Assembly: GCA_964639975.1 (NCBI GenBank)
Contig: CAZXER010000002.1
Coordinates: forward strand, 39,135-103,134
DNA from: an uncultured Halobacteriales archaeon
GTDB lineage: Archaea; Halobacteriota; Halobacteria; Halobacteriales; SKSH01
DNA: 64,000 nt
Direction: 5' to 3'
In this document: positions 54,413 to 63,373 of the stretch, one piece after another
Numbering within the stretch: the stretch's first letter is position 1
How the letters are laid out: every line of letters starts with the position of its first letter
Made by a program: the position numbers and the translations under genes
The notes under the pieces: generated by a model
Seen by the model: the letters and a program-made list of their open reading frames with translations, nothing else
What the model was told of the DNA's origin: nothing
Database searches by the model: none

Positions 54413-54580
54413 TTATAGCTCGCGCCACTGCTTCCCGCATTCAGGACATTCCATGATGGTCCCGATTGTGCCCGATTCGTTCGCGAGTCCAAGTTTCCGA
54501 TCGCACGCTGTGCATGCGAGACGCCCGAAGCTACTTCGGTTGATCGCTCCGTCCCGGATCCCCTCTCGAACGGTATCCAT
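54413..54580 (-). CDS. 55-aa zinc-ribbon micro-protein (CxxC ... CPxCG)
   Basis: Hand translation of the minus strand: MDTVREGIRDGAINRSSFGRLACTACDRKLGLANESGTIGTIMECPECGKQWREL. Below the ORF-track length cutoff. Two Cys pairs are spaced like a zinc ribbon. Confidence 0.55.
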   Translation of the reverse strand: MDTVREGIRDGAINRSSFGRLACTACDRKLGLANESGTIGTIMECPECGKQWREL

Positions 54581-54687
54581 ACCCCGACCATCCGGACGCT
54601 GACACCTTGAAATGGGGGGGTGGTTTCCCTGTCAACTGGGCGCATTCGGCTACAAGGGTTAAGTAGCCCCACCGGTGACAACGAGTG

Positions 54688-55785
54688 ATGGGCTTCCTGC
54701 AGGGACCGATCACGAACATCCATCGCTTCGACTCGGATGCGTCCGTTGCCCCGGTCGATTCGCTGGCCGTTGTCGCTCCGGTGGCCGCTGACTCCGTGGA
54801 TCGACCGGCGGCCGAGACCGTGTTCCAGGCCGTCGCTGGCATCGATCCGGACTCGGTCATTATTCCAGCTCGCGGCTCCCCTTCCGCACTCCGAGAGGTG
54901 ACAGACCTGGCCGACTCCTATGTGGACAGAGCAGAGGTGCTGTGGTGCAATAGCCCCGAGATACAGCAACTGTGCTCGCGGTATGGTATTCCTCAGCAAG
55001 GGAAAGGAAGCGACGTTTGGCTGGCGCTCGGACCGGCCGCTGATCGAGCCGAGGTCGTCGCGTGTGTCGACGTGGATGTGACCTCTGCCACAGAAGCGCA
55101 GTTCAGCCGGTTGGTCGCCCCGATCGATGACGACACCCATGCGACCAAGGCCTGGTACACTCGGATCGAACAGGATACATTCTATGGCCGCCTGTGTCGG
55201 CTACTCGTCCGGCCGCTGATCTTGGCAATGGATGAACAGCATACCGATCCGTTTCTCTCGTATCTCCGCGCGTTCAGGTATCCACTCTCCGGTGAGGTTG
55301 CGTTCCATTCCTCGCTTGTCCACGATCTTCGGATCCCGGCAGGAATGGGTCTCGAGGTTGGTGTCCTTGGTGAATTGTTCGATCTGGCCGGACCTGACCA
55401 TATCGCCCAGGTCGATCTGGGTAACCACCGGCATTCCCATCGACCGGTACACGGCGACAATGGACTCGCGACGATCGCGTCTCAGATCACCGGAGCACTC
55501 TTCGATAGCCTCTCAGTGCACACGGGTATCTCACCCGACGCTGAGCTGGTCAACGAGTACGTCACCTGGGCGAAACGGACCGTCGACCAGCACGCCCGGG
55601 ACGCCTCCGTCAACGGACTCAGCTACGAGGTAGCTGCGGAACTCGAGCAGGTCGAGCACTACCGACAGGCGGTGAGTGAATCTGCCGACGTTTCATGGTT
55701 ACCAGCGTGGTCGGAGACGGCCCTTTCCTCCGAGCTCGTCCTCGAGGCCAGCACACCACCGGGGGTATCGCAGACCCGCTCGTGA
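54688..55785 (+). CDS. GT-A glycosyltransferase resembling glucosyl-3-phosphoglycerate synthase (GT81-like)
   Basis: GKGSDVWLAL, DVDV (DxD), YPLSGEVAF, GMGLEVGVLGEL and IAQVDLGNHRHSHRP parallel GpgS motifs as I recall them. ATG 54688 is about 26 nt after the TATA-like TTAAGTA. Confidence 0.6.
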   Translation: MGFLQGPITNIHRFDSDASVAPVDSLAVVAPVAADSVDRPAAETVFQAVAGIDPDSVIIPARGSPSALREVTDLADSYVDRAEVLWCNSPEIQQLCSRYGIPQQGKGSDVWLALGPAADRAEVVACVDVDVTSATEAQFSRLVAPIDDDTHATKAWYTRIEQDTFYGRLCRLLVRPLILAMDEQHTDPFLSYLRAFRYPLSGEVAFHSSLVHDLRIPAGMGLEVGVLGELFDLAGPDHIAQVDLGNHRHSHRPVHGDNGLATIASQITGALFDSLSVHTGISPDAELVNEYVTWAKRTVDQHARDASVNGLSYEVAAELEQVEHYRQAVSESADVSWLPAWSETALSSELVLEASTPPGVSQTRS

Positions 55786-55832
55786 GTCTCGGGAGAAGCG
55801 CTTTAGCGCTGCACTGGGTAGGCTCTGATGGT

Positions 55833-56390
55833 ATGGATATCAACGCACCCTTGGGTGACCTATCGCTTCCCGAGGGGGCGACCCCTGCTGCTGTTCTCGT
55901 ACCGATAGTCGATGGCCTAGAGCCACCCCATCTCCTGTTCACCAAACGTGCCCCCGATTTGGATACGCATCCCGGTCAGATGAGCTTCCCAGGCGGCAGA
56001 GTCGAGGACGGTGATGCCACCTTGCGAGAGACGGCACTCCGAGAGACACAGGAGGAGCTCGGAATCGATCCATCGCTCGTGGAGATCGTTGGACAACTCG
56101 AACCGATTTCGACGGTGACCGGGTTCCATGTGGAACCGCTCATCGCCCACATACCACCTGGACCATACACGCCAAATCGAGCCGAGGTAGCAGAGGTGAT
56201 TACCCTCCCAGAGTCGGCATTCCTCGAGTTCGACAGCTACGAGCAGGAACGCCGCGACCATCCCGAAAGAGGGGAGCTGGCCGTCCACTACTTCCATATC
56301 GGAGCGTACACCGTCTGGGGGGCTACAGCGTCAATCCTCATCCAATATCTCGAACGAGAGAAGGGATGGGAGCCCCCGGTAGAGTACTGA
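55833..56390 (+). CDS. Nudix hydrolase, CoA pyrophosphatase-like
   Basis: Trimmed to ATG 55833. LLFTKRAPDLDTHPGQMSFPGGRVEDGD...ALRETQEELGI (NuCoA-like motif preceding the Nudix box). Confidence 0.8.
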   Translation: MDINAPLGDLSLPEGATPAAVLVPIVDGLEPPHLLFTKRAPDLDTHPGQMSFPGGRVEDGDATLRETALRETQEELGIDPSLVEIVGQLEPISTVTGFHVEPLIAHIPPGPYTPNRAEVAEVITLPESAFLEFDSYEQERRDHPERGELAVHYFHIGAYTVWGATASILIQYLEREKGWEPPVEY

Positions 56391-56435
56391 CCTGAGGTCG
56401 AGGACTTTTCATCAGCTACGTGCGTTAGTTCAACC

Positions 56436-57209
56436 ATGACCGACTTCGCAAAGCTCACAACCACCGACGTGAGTGAGTCCTCGATCGAGGTGGCAATCGT
56501 CCCGACGGGGAGCACAGAGCAACACGGTCCGGCGCTTCCGCTCGGAACCGATACCTACGCGGCCGATCACTTCGCCGAGATCGGTGCCACCGTCGACGGT
56601 GTCATCCGAACACCTCCGGTGCCCGTCGGTGTCAGCTCACATCACCGTCACTTCGATGGTTCGTTGTGGGTGGACGAGGACACGTTCGTCACCTACGTCG
56701 AGCAGATAGCCCGCTCGCTGGCGAGCCACGACCTCAACCGGATCGTCTTCGTCAACGGCCATGGCGGGAACGTGAATGCTCTCAAACGCGTCGGTCAACG
56801 GTTGCGAGGCGAGGGGATTGCCTACGCTATTTGCTGGAACTGGTGGGATGCCGTCTCGGACCAACTCGAGGCCCATTTCGAGGGACAAGGTGGCCACGCC
56901 GGGCAAGGGGAAACGAGCATGATGCTCACCATCGATTCGGGCCTCGTCCACCGCGATCGATTGGCGGCTGCCGGAGCGGGAGCACCACTTCACTGGGGGG
57001 AGTCCCGACACGGAGCTGATGTGGGTCTCGACACCATCGATTTCACGCCAACCGGTGCTGTCGGCGATCCCGAGGCGGCCTCACAGGCAATCGGTGACGA
57101 ACTCGAAGCAGCTGCGACGGAGGAGTTGCATGCCTTACTCGACTGGCTGCGAGATGTTCCTTCCGAAGAGCTCTTCGAGCACGCGCGACCAGTACACCCA
57201 CCGGACTGA
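56436..57209 (+). CDS. creatininase-family metal-dependent amidohydrolase
   Basis: PTGSTEQHGPALPLGTD, NGHGGN and GHAGQGETS motifs. Specific substrate unknown (ArfB-like deformylase is one possibility). Confidence 0.85.
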   Translation: MTDFAKLTTTDVSESSIEVAIVPTGSTEQHGPALPLGTDTYAADHFAEIGATVDGVIRTPPVPVGVSSHHRHFDGSLWVDEDTFVTYVEQIARSLASHDLNRIVFVNGHGGNVNALKRVGQRLRGEGIAYAICWNWWDAVSDQLEAHFEGQGGHAGQGETSMMLTIDSGLVHRDRLAAAGAGAPLHWGESRHGADVGLDTIDFTPTGAVGDPEAASQAIGDELEAAATEELHALLDWLRDVPSEELFEHARPVHPPD

Positions 57210-57224
57210 CGTACTGACCGGAGG

Positions 57225-57231
57225 ATTTTAT
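57225..57231 (+). promoter_or_regulatory. TATA-like box for radical SAM gene
   Basis: ATTTTAT, 28 nt upstream of ATG 57256. Comparable boxes: TTTTCAT (56406-56412) before the creatininase gene, TTTAG (55802-55806) before the Nudix gene, TTAAGTA (54659-54665) before the GT gene. Confidence 0.45.
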
Positions 57232-57255
57232 CCCAGGGTCGCTAATCGGTGACCG

Positions 57256-58983
57256 ATGACCGATCCGTCTACGCTGGATGTGACGATCGTCGATGGCTAC
57301 GTCGACGAGCCAGCGCATTTTGGGGTCCCACCGTATATTTCGACGTATCCACGGTACGTGGCCGGGGCGCTGGTCGATGCTGGAGTGCCATCGGGACGGA
57401 TCACCTATCACACGATAGACGCACTCCGGGATGACCGAGCTCACTGGGGCGCCGTAGCCGAGGCCGATGTGGTGGTGTACGTCGGTGGAATGACCGTTCC
57501 CGGAAAGTACGTCGGGGGGACCCCTGCTGAACCCGAGGAGGTGCGCCAGATCGCCTGGACCGCCGATGGCGTGACCGTACTGGGCGGTCCCGTCCGCTTT
57601 GGGGTCGGTGACCAAAACCAGGGTGCGATCGAGACCAGCCGTCAACAGCTCGATTACGATTTCCTGGCCATGGCTGATGTCGAGGCGGCCGTCTACGACC
57701 TCGTCACGTCGGGCCTCGACGGGTTCACCGACCGCTACCGGGATAATTCTGAGCTCGATCGGTGGGCTCGCAAGGGGGCGTTCATCGTCGAGGAACACCC
57801 GAATCATCCGACCTATCTCATCGCCGAGATCGAGACCTCACGGGGATGCCCCTATCGGTGCTCGTTTTGCACCGAGCCGATGTACGGAGAACCGTCGTTC
57901 CGGACGCCCCAGTCGATAGCCGATGAGGTCGGGACCCTGTACGAACACGGTCTGCGGCATATCCGTCTCGGGCGCCAGGCTGACATCCTCGCGTACGGGG
58001 GTGATGGCGAGGCACCGAATCCGGCCGCATTGCGGAGCCTGTATCAGGGGATTCGGGATCGAGCGCCCGCACTGGAGACGCTCCACCTCGACAACATGAA
58101 CCCCGTGACGATCGTGGAGTACCCGGCGCGATCGCGGGAGGCTATCGAAATTATCGCCAGACACAACACCCCCGGTGACACGGCTGCATTCGGCCTCGAA
58201 TCGGCCGATCCAGTGGTCCAGGAGCGAAACAACCTCCTCGTGAGTGCCGATGAGTGTCTCGAGGCAGTCCGCGTACTCAACGAACTCGGGGGCTGGCGCC
58301 CGGGGGATGCCGGTCGGCACGGTCCGTCCACCGATCCTGATCCGGGCCAACGACTTCCAAAGTTGCTCCCAGGCATCAACCTCGTCCATGGTCTCGAGGG
58401 TGAACGCCCGGAGACGTACGAGCATAACAGGCGATTCCTCCAGCGCGTCTACGACGAGGGACTGATGCTCCGTCGTATCAACATCCGCCAGGTGATGGCG
58501 TTTGAGGGGACCGAGATGGCCGAGACCGGTGCGTCCATCGCGCACGACCATCACGAGGAGTTCTCACGGTACAAACGTGAGATCCGCGAGACCATCGATC
58601 ACCCGATGCTCAAACGGGTGGCACCGCCAGGAACCGTGCTGCCTGATGTCCATCTCGAGTACCATCGAGACGGTCGAACGTTCGGGCGACAACTCGGGAC
58701 GTATCCGTTACTCGTCGGGATCCCAGGAACCCTTGAACTCGGACGTGTCATCGACATCGTCGTGACCGACCACGGCTTCCGATCGGTCACTGGCGTACCG
58801 TATCCGGTCGATATCAACGCTGCATCGATGGGAGAACTCGAGTCGATCCCGGGGATTGGGTCGCGCCGGGCTGGGTCTATCGTCGCAGGGCGCCCCTACA
58901 GACACCTCTCTGAGGTTCCTATCGACCTCGATGTCAGTGCCTATGCGACGGTTCGTCCCTCGACGGCAGCGGATGCCAGCTAA
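57256..58983 (+). CDS. radical SAM protein with N-terminal Rossmann-like domain, TRAM-like barrel and C-terminal HhH
   Basis: TSRGCPYRCSFCTEP (CxxxCxxC). C-terminal ELESIPGIGSRRAGSIVAGRPY helix-hairpin-helix. Confidence 0.85.
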   Translation: MTDPSTLDVTIVDGYVDEPAHFGVPPYISTYPRYVAGALVDAGVPSGRITYHTIDALRDDRAHWGAVAEADVVVYVGGMTVPGKYVGGTPAEPEEVRQIAWTADGVTVLGGPVRFGVGDQNQGAIETSRQQLDYDFLAMADVEAAVYDLVTSGLDGFTDRYRDNSELDRWARKGAFIVEEHPNHPTYLIAEIETSRGCPYRCSFCTEPMYGEPSFRTPQSIADEVGTLYEHGLRHIRLGRQADILAYGGDGEAPNPAALRSLYQGIRDRAPALETLHLDNMNPVTIVEYPARSREAIEIIARHNTPGDTAAFGLESADPVVQERNNLLVSADECLEAVRVLNELGGWRPGDAGRHGPSTDPDPGQRLPKLLPGINLVHGLEGERPETYEHNRRFLQRVYDEGLMLRRINIRQVMAFEGTEMAETGASIAHDHHEEFSRYKREIRETIDHPMLKRVAPPGTVLPDVHLEYHRDGRTFGRQLGTYPLLVGIPGTLELGRVIDIVVTDHGFRSVTGVPYPVDINAASMGELESIPGIGSRRAGSIVAGRPYRHLSEVPIDLDVSAYATVRPSTAADAS

Positions 58984-58989
58984 CTGGCG

Positions 58990-59385
58990 CTAGAAGGTCT
59001 CCTCGATAGTCTCTCCGACGGAGAAGTTCGGCTTGACATCGGTGATCTCGACCTTCACCCGATCGCCAACGTCCGTATCGGGCACGATGATCACGTACCC
59101 ACGCTCGACGCGAGCGATCCCATCACCCTGTTTCCCGATGTCCTCGATCTCGACGTACCTGGTCTCTCCGACCTCAACCGGCGGTTCCGGTTGATCGTGC
59201 GGGACCTCTGAGGACGTGTGTGAGAAGCCCGGTTCGATGATCGCTATCCGATACGTTTCGTCGGTGGCAACGTCGCCCTCGTCGACCTCCTGTTTCGGCA
59301 CTTCAATGGTATATGTATCTCCATCTTCGACGACCCGTGCACTGAATAAACAAAGGAGTTGATCAGAGATTTCCACGCTAGTCAC
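58990..59385 (-). CDS. TRAM domain protein
   Basis: C-terminal GETRYVEIEDIGKQGDGIARVERGYVIIVPDTDVGDRVKVEITDV is a canonical TRAM barrel. Confidence 0.85.
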   Translation of the reverse strand: MTSVEISDQLLCLFSARVVEDGDTYTIEVPKQEVDEGDVATDETYRIAIIEPGFSHTSSEVPHDQPEPPVEVGETRYVEIEDIGKQGDGIARVERGYVIIVPDTDVGDRVKVEITDVKPNFSVGETIEETF

Positions 59386-59419
59386 TCCGATGGCGGCAAC
59401 TCACGGGTCGGTTAAAGGC

Positions 59420-60136
59420 CTATCGTTGCGTTCTGCCGGCCGAGTACTGGCTTCCATCGGGTCGTTTGTATCCTTCGCTATCGACCACGATCGTCTCTCC
59501 CGTCGGATCCTCCATTCGCGTGAGGTGCTCCCGAACAGCCTCGGCTTCCCTGACAGATCTGATCCCGCGTTCGATCAGTTCGTCAGCCATGTCGAGCGCG
59601 CGCTCACGTCCGATATCCCGACCGAGGCCCTCACATTCATGCGCCTGAACCACGCCGTGTTGGGTCACGGCCTCGCCCTGCGGCGGGGATTCTGGGCTCG
59701 GGACCAGGGTGAACGGGTAGGTTCGACAAATCGATGGCCGGTTCGCGTATCGCGTACAGTGACTGGCGCCCTCGTCCATCTCAAGGAATCGACAATCACC
59801 ACAGGACGATGTCTGTAACGACCATTCGATGGTGGTGCCACCCCCGTCCTCGTCCAACCCGAATGGCATTGGCCTGACGACATCGCGCCACGAATCGGAT
59901 TCCGTCTCGGCGAGGCGTCGGGCTTCATCGGGGAAGACGGTGGCAATGTGGTCGTCGTCTTCGCCTCGACAACAGGCGCCACAATCGGTGCACTCGAACC
60001 CGATCGACTGAATGGCATCTGCAACATCCTCTCGATCGATATCCGCAATCACCCGCCGCATCTCGTTCAGCTCGTCCTCGAGGTCCACGGACGATGCTTG
60101 GGGGGAGTACCTTTTGAGGTTGTGGTCCCCCATCAT
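59420..60136 (-). CDS. YkgJ/UPF0153-type cysteine-cluster protein
   Basis: FECTDCGACCRG motif plus additional Cys (SSCGDCRF). Start at ATG 60136 (or 60133/60175). Confidence 0.7.
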   Translation of the reverse strand: MMGDHNLKRYSPQASSVDLEDELNEMRRVIADIDREDVADAIQSIGFECTDCGACCRGEDDDHIATVFPDEARRLAETESDSWRDVVRPMPFGLDEDGGGTTIEWSLQTSSCGDCRFLEMDEGASHCTRYANRPSICRTYPFTLVPSPESPPQGEAVTQHGVVQAHECEGLGRDIGRERALDMADELIERGIRSVREAEAVREHLTRMEDPTGETIVVDSEGYKRPDGSQYSAGRTQR

Positions 60137-60183
60137 CGAGACCAGTACGGTTTTAGGTTGGCCAGTCGGACACATCCACAGCC

Positions 60184-60888
60184 GTGAAGGGTGAGGAGTG
60201 GTATCAGGAGGATTCGGTCGCTGCTCGGTACGAAACTAAGCGGTTTTCTCGAGGAGGGCGACTGATCGATCAACGCGAGAAAACCGCGGTCCTCGAGGCG
60301 CTCGGGCCGGTAGCAGATCGACGTGTCCTCGACATAGCCACGGGTACCGGCCGGTTCTCGCTGCTGCTGGCTGAGCAGGGGGCCGATGTCGTGGCAGTCG
60401 ATATCTCTCGAGCGATGCTCGGGCAAGCCGAGGCCAAACGTCGCGATGCGACGCTCGCTGGGACGCTTGCGTTCTTTCGGGGGGATGCCTCAACGCTCCC
60501 GTTTGAGGACGACAGCTTCGATGTCGTCGTGGCGATGCGCTTTTTCCACCTGGTCGACGATGCCGTGCGCTTCCTTCGAGAATTGAAGCGCGTCGCTTCA
60601 GAGACGGTCATCTTCGATACGTTCAAACGCTACAGCTTTCGAAGTCTCTACAACTGGGCGCTGCCGATGGGATCACAACTCGTCTCGACCAGCGAGGTCG
60701 AGGCGTGGCTCGATGCGGCTGGACTTGACCTCCGAGCGGTTGTCAACGATTGGATCCTCCCCTATGGGTTTTACCGGGTGATCCCCCTCGGTCTCGCCCG
60801 GTTGCTTCGTCCTCTGGACGACCGCCTTGTCAGGCTGCCTGGGTGTAAGCGGTTGGCGAGTGTATCGTATTGGACCGCGTCGGTGTAA
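60184..60888 (+). CDS. class I SAM-dependent methyltransferase
   Basis: VLDIATGTGRFSLLLAEQGADVVAVDIS (motif I) and FDVVVAMRFFH. GTG start. Confidence 0.8.
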   Translation: MKGEEWYQEDSVAARYETKRFSRGGRLIDQREKTAVLEALGPVADRRVLDIATGTGRFSLLLAEQGADVVAVDISRAMLGQAEAKRRDATLAGTLAFFRGDASTLPFEDDSFDVVVAMRFFHLVDDAVRFLRELKRVASETVIFDTFKRYSFRSLYNWALPMGSQLVSTSEVEAWLDAAGLDLRAVVNDWILPYGFYRVIPLGLARLLRPLDDRLVRLPGCKRLASVSYWTASV

Positions 60889-60981
60889 CGAAGACATTCG
60901 TTCGTGCACGGAGGCAGCTGCTGAAGCCCGGTCAATCCGTGGTGTGACATCGCATGACGTGGCAAGGGTGGCTCCATCAAC

Positions 60982-60990
60982 TTTTATATA
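60982..60990 (+). promoter_or_regulatory. TATA box of thermosome gene
   Basis: TTTTATATA, 32-40 nt upstream of ATG 61022 in otherwise GC-rich DNA. Confidence 0.6.
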
Positions 60991-61021
60991 GAACCGCTGA
61001 CGACCTATCTATGAGATCACT

Positions 61022-62593
61022 ATGTCAGAGTCATCGCAGCGAATGGGTGGACGACCGCTGTTCATCCTGAGTGAAGATTCAGAGCGGACGACGGGTCAAG
61101 ACGCCCAGTCGTCGAACATCACCGCTGGTAAGGCGGTTGCACAGTCTGTCCGGACCACGCTCGGTCCTCGTGGAATGGACAAAATGCTCGTCTCGAGTGC
61201 CGGCGACATGGTCATCACCAACGATGGGGCCACGATCCTGGACGAGATGGATATCGAGCATCCCGCGGCGCAGATGATCGTGGAGGTCGCCCAGACCCAG
61301 GAAGAAGAAGTTGGGGATGGCACGACGTCTGCAGCGATCCTCGCGGGCCAGCTCCTCATCGAGGCAGAGGAGCTCCTGCAGCAGGACGTGCACGCCTCGA
61401 CGGTCGTCGAGGGCTATCATGAAGCGGCGAAGATCGCCAAGGAAACCATCGATGCACACGTCGTTGATGCGGAGGTCGATGAGGAGTTGTTGATCGATGT
61501 CGCGATCTCGAGCATGACTGGCAAGGGGACGGCAGGTGTCACTGCCGAACAGCTGGCAGAGACCGTTGTTGACGCCGTCCTCACGGTCGACAGCGACGAT
61601 GAGGACGCGGTCACCATCGAAACACATGTCGGAGCGAGCTCGGCTGATTCCGAGCTGGTATCGGGGGTCATCCTCGATGATGCACCGGCGCACGATTCGA
61701 TGCCACGGTCGTTGGAGGACGCAACCATCGCGGTGCTCGATATACCGCTTGAGGTCCGCACCGGCGAGGTCGATGTCGAGTACTCGGTCGAATCCGTCGA
61801 GGAGCTCACCAAGGCGATGGATTCCGAGGCAGAGGAACTCAGAGGCTATGCGGAGGTATTCGCCGATGCTGGGGTTGACGTGCTCGTCACGACCGACGAC
61901 ATCGATGACCGGGTCCTCGAACACCTGACCTCGAAAGGGATCATGGCGTTCGATGATATCGGCAACGATGAGGCCCGGCGTATCGCCCGTGCCAGTGGGG
62001 CTCGCTGGATCGGCACCCTCGACGATTTCGACGCCGATGATCTCGGCGTCGTCGAGTCTGTCAATGCACGGCTGATCGGCGACAGCGAATTGACCTTCTT
62101 CGAGGGAGGTGACGCGGCTGAGTCGGTGACGATCCTCGTTCGTGGCGGGACCGAAAACGTGGTACATGAACTCGAGCGCGTCGTCGAGGATTCGCTCGAT
62201 GTCGTCAGGACGACGCAAGCCACTGGTGAGGTGGTCCCTGGCGCTGCGTCGACGGAGATCGCCATCGCAAGCGCGATTCGCGAGGCTGCCGCCGGCATCA
62301 CCGGGCGTCGCCAACTCGCGGTCGAGGCGTTCGCCGACGCGATCGACTCGATCCCGAGAACGATCGCCGAGAACGCTGGTGAGGACCCGATCGACGCCCT
62401 GGTCGATCTCCGTGCGGCTCACGATGAATCCGGTCGTGCTGGCATCGTCGTCGAAGGCGGTGACGTGATCTACGCTGATCCGGTCGAGCACGGCGTACTC
62501 GACCCAGCGAGAGTCAAGCACGAGGCGATCGACAGTGCGACCGAAGCCGCGACGATGATCGTCCGTATCGACGACGTCATCGCCGCGTCGTAG
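61022..62593 (+). CDS. thermosome subunit (group II chaperonin)
   Basis: [19 protein letters not shown] and VGDGTTS signatures. Strong TATA box upstream. Confidence 0.95.
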   Translation: MSESSQRMGGRPLFILSEDSERTTGQDAQSSNITAGKAVAQSVRTTLGPRGMDKMLVSSAGDMVITNDGATILDEMDIEHPAAQMIVEVAQTQEEEVGDGTTSAAILAGQLLIEAEELLQQDVHASTVVEGYHEAAKIAKETIDAHVVDAEVDEELLIDVAISSMTGKGTAGVTAEQLAETVVDAVLTVDSDDEDAVTIETHVGASSADSELVSGVILDDAPAHDSMPRSLEDATIAVLDIPLEVRTGEVDVEYSVESVEELTKAMDSEAEELRGYAEVFADAGVDVLVTTDDIDDRVLEHLTSKGIMAFDDIGNDEARRIARASGARWIGTLDDFDADDLGVVESVNARLIGDSELTFFEGGDAAESVTILVRGGTENVVHELERVVEDSLDVVRTTQATGEVVPGAASTEIAIASAIREAAAGITGRRQLAVEAFADAIDSIPRTIAENAGEDPIDALVDLRAAHDESGRAGIVVEGGDVIYADPVEHGVLDPARVKHEAIDSATEAATMIVRIDDVIAAS

Positions 62594-62597
62594 TCGC

Positions 62598-63365
62598 TCA
62601 CCAGCTGATTCTCACCGTATCGCCGATATCGACGTCGAACGAACCAGTCCCAGCGGCCTGATTCGCGGCGAGTTCGATGTGGCCGTGGCTCCCCACGGTG
62701 ACGAGGGCCGTTCCCGGTGGAACAGCACCGTAGTGCGTCGCAAGCGGTACCTGATTGCCCCCGACTACGACGGTGTTGCGGTCGAAGTCGAGGAGAGACC
62801 CATCAGCACTGGTGATCGCGTTTCCGAATCGATCCACGGCGATGATGTCCGTCTCTATCCCCGACTCGAAGACAGTCGGATTGGGAAACGTCACTTTCGT
62901 TGGTGTATCCAGTGGTCGGGTCGTCGGGAGCTCCTCGACGCGTTCGATGCCAAGCGTTGCGACCGCGGCGGCGACGGGGGCGAAGACGTCCCGGCCATGG
63001 AACGTGTGACTGGCAGGATCGACGTGCTCGAACTCGAATGCCTCAATCTCCCCCGTGCCCGCTAACGTGGTGGCGACTGGCCAACAGACCCCGTTATCGG
63101 GCCCGACGAGGACGTGTCCCCCGGCACGAACGATGGCGACACCTCGATCGGTACCGACCCCTGGATCGACGACGACGCAGTGGACGCCTCGTGGATAGTA
63201 CGGGATGAGTTCACGCAACCAGAACGCCGCCTGACGGATATCGTGGGCCGGCAGGTCATGGGTCAGATCGTGAATTTCGTCGATTCCTCGCCTAGCGAGG
63301 ACGCCTCGCATGGCCGCCGGGTAGTACTCGCCGAAGTCGCTACTCAGCGTGACGGGGTATGGCAT
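62598..63365 (-). CDS. SAM hydrolase / SAM-dependent halogenase family protein (DUF62)
   Basis: N-terminal TLSSDFG, DPGVGT and VDRFGN motifs of the S-adenosyl-L-methionine hydroxide adenosyltransferase family. Confidence 0.8.
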   Translation of the reverse strand: MPYPVTLSSDFGEYYPAAMRGVLARRGIDEIHDLTHDLPAHDIRQAAFWLRELIPYYPRGVHCVVVDPGVGTDRGVAIVRAGGHVLVGPDNGVCWPVATTLAGTGEIEAFEFEHVDPASHTFHGRDVFAPVAAAVATLGIERVEELPTTRPLDTPTKVTFPNPTVFESGIETDIIAVDRFGNAITSADGSLLDFDRNTVVVGGNQVPLATHYGAVPPGTALVTVGSHGHIELAANQAAGTGSFDVDIGDTVRISW

Positions 63366-63373
63366 TGTCTCCG

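Noticed and set aside
54370-55140. 256-aa minus-strand ORF and 67-aa plus-strand ORF (54399-54602) in the DHH / GT81 spacer region
   Set aside because: The translations are Arg/Ser/Pro/Gly-rich and overlap the GT81-like gene. The third minus-strand frame gives a compact CxxC...CPxCG zinc-ribbon peptide with ATG and TAA, which I prefer.
57043-57807. 254-aa minus-strand ORF across the creatininase / radical SAM junction
   Set aside because: It is antisense to two confident genes and spans their promoter spacer. No motifs are present.
61079-62521. 480-aa ORF on the minus strand spanning almost the entire thermosome gene
   Set aside because: It is an antisense shadow frame of a highly confident gene. 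Its composition is Arg/Asp/Leu-rich with no recognisable motifs. High third-position GC suppresses stop codons in the antisense frame.
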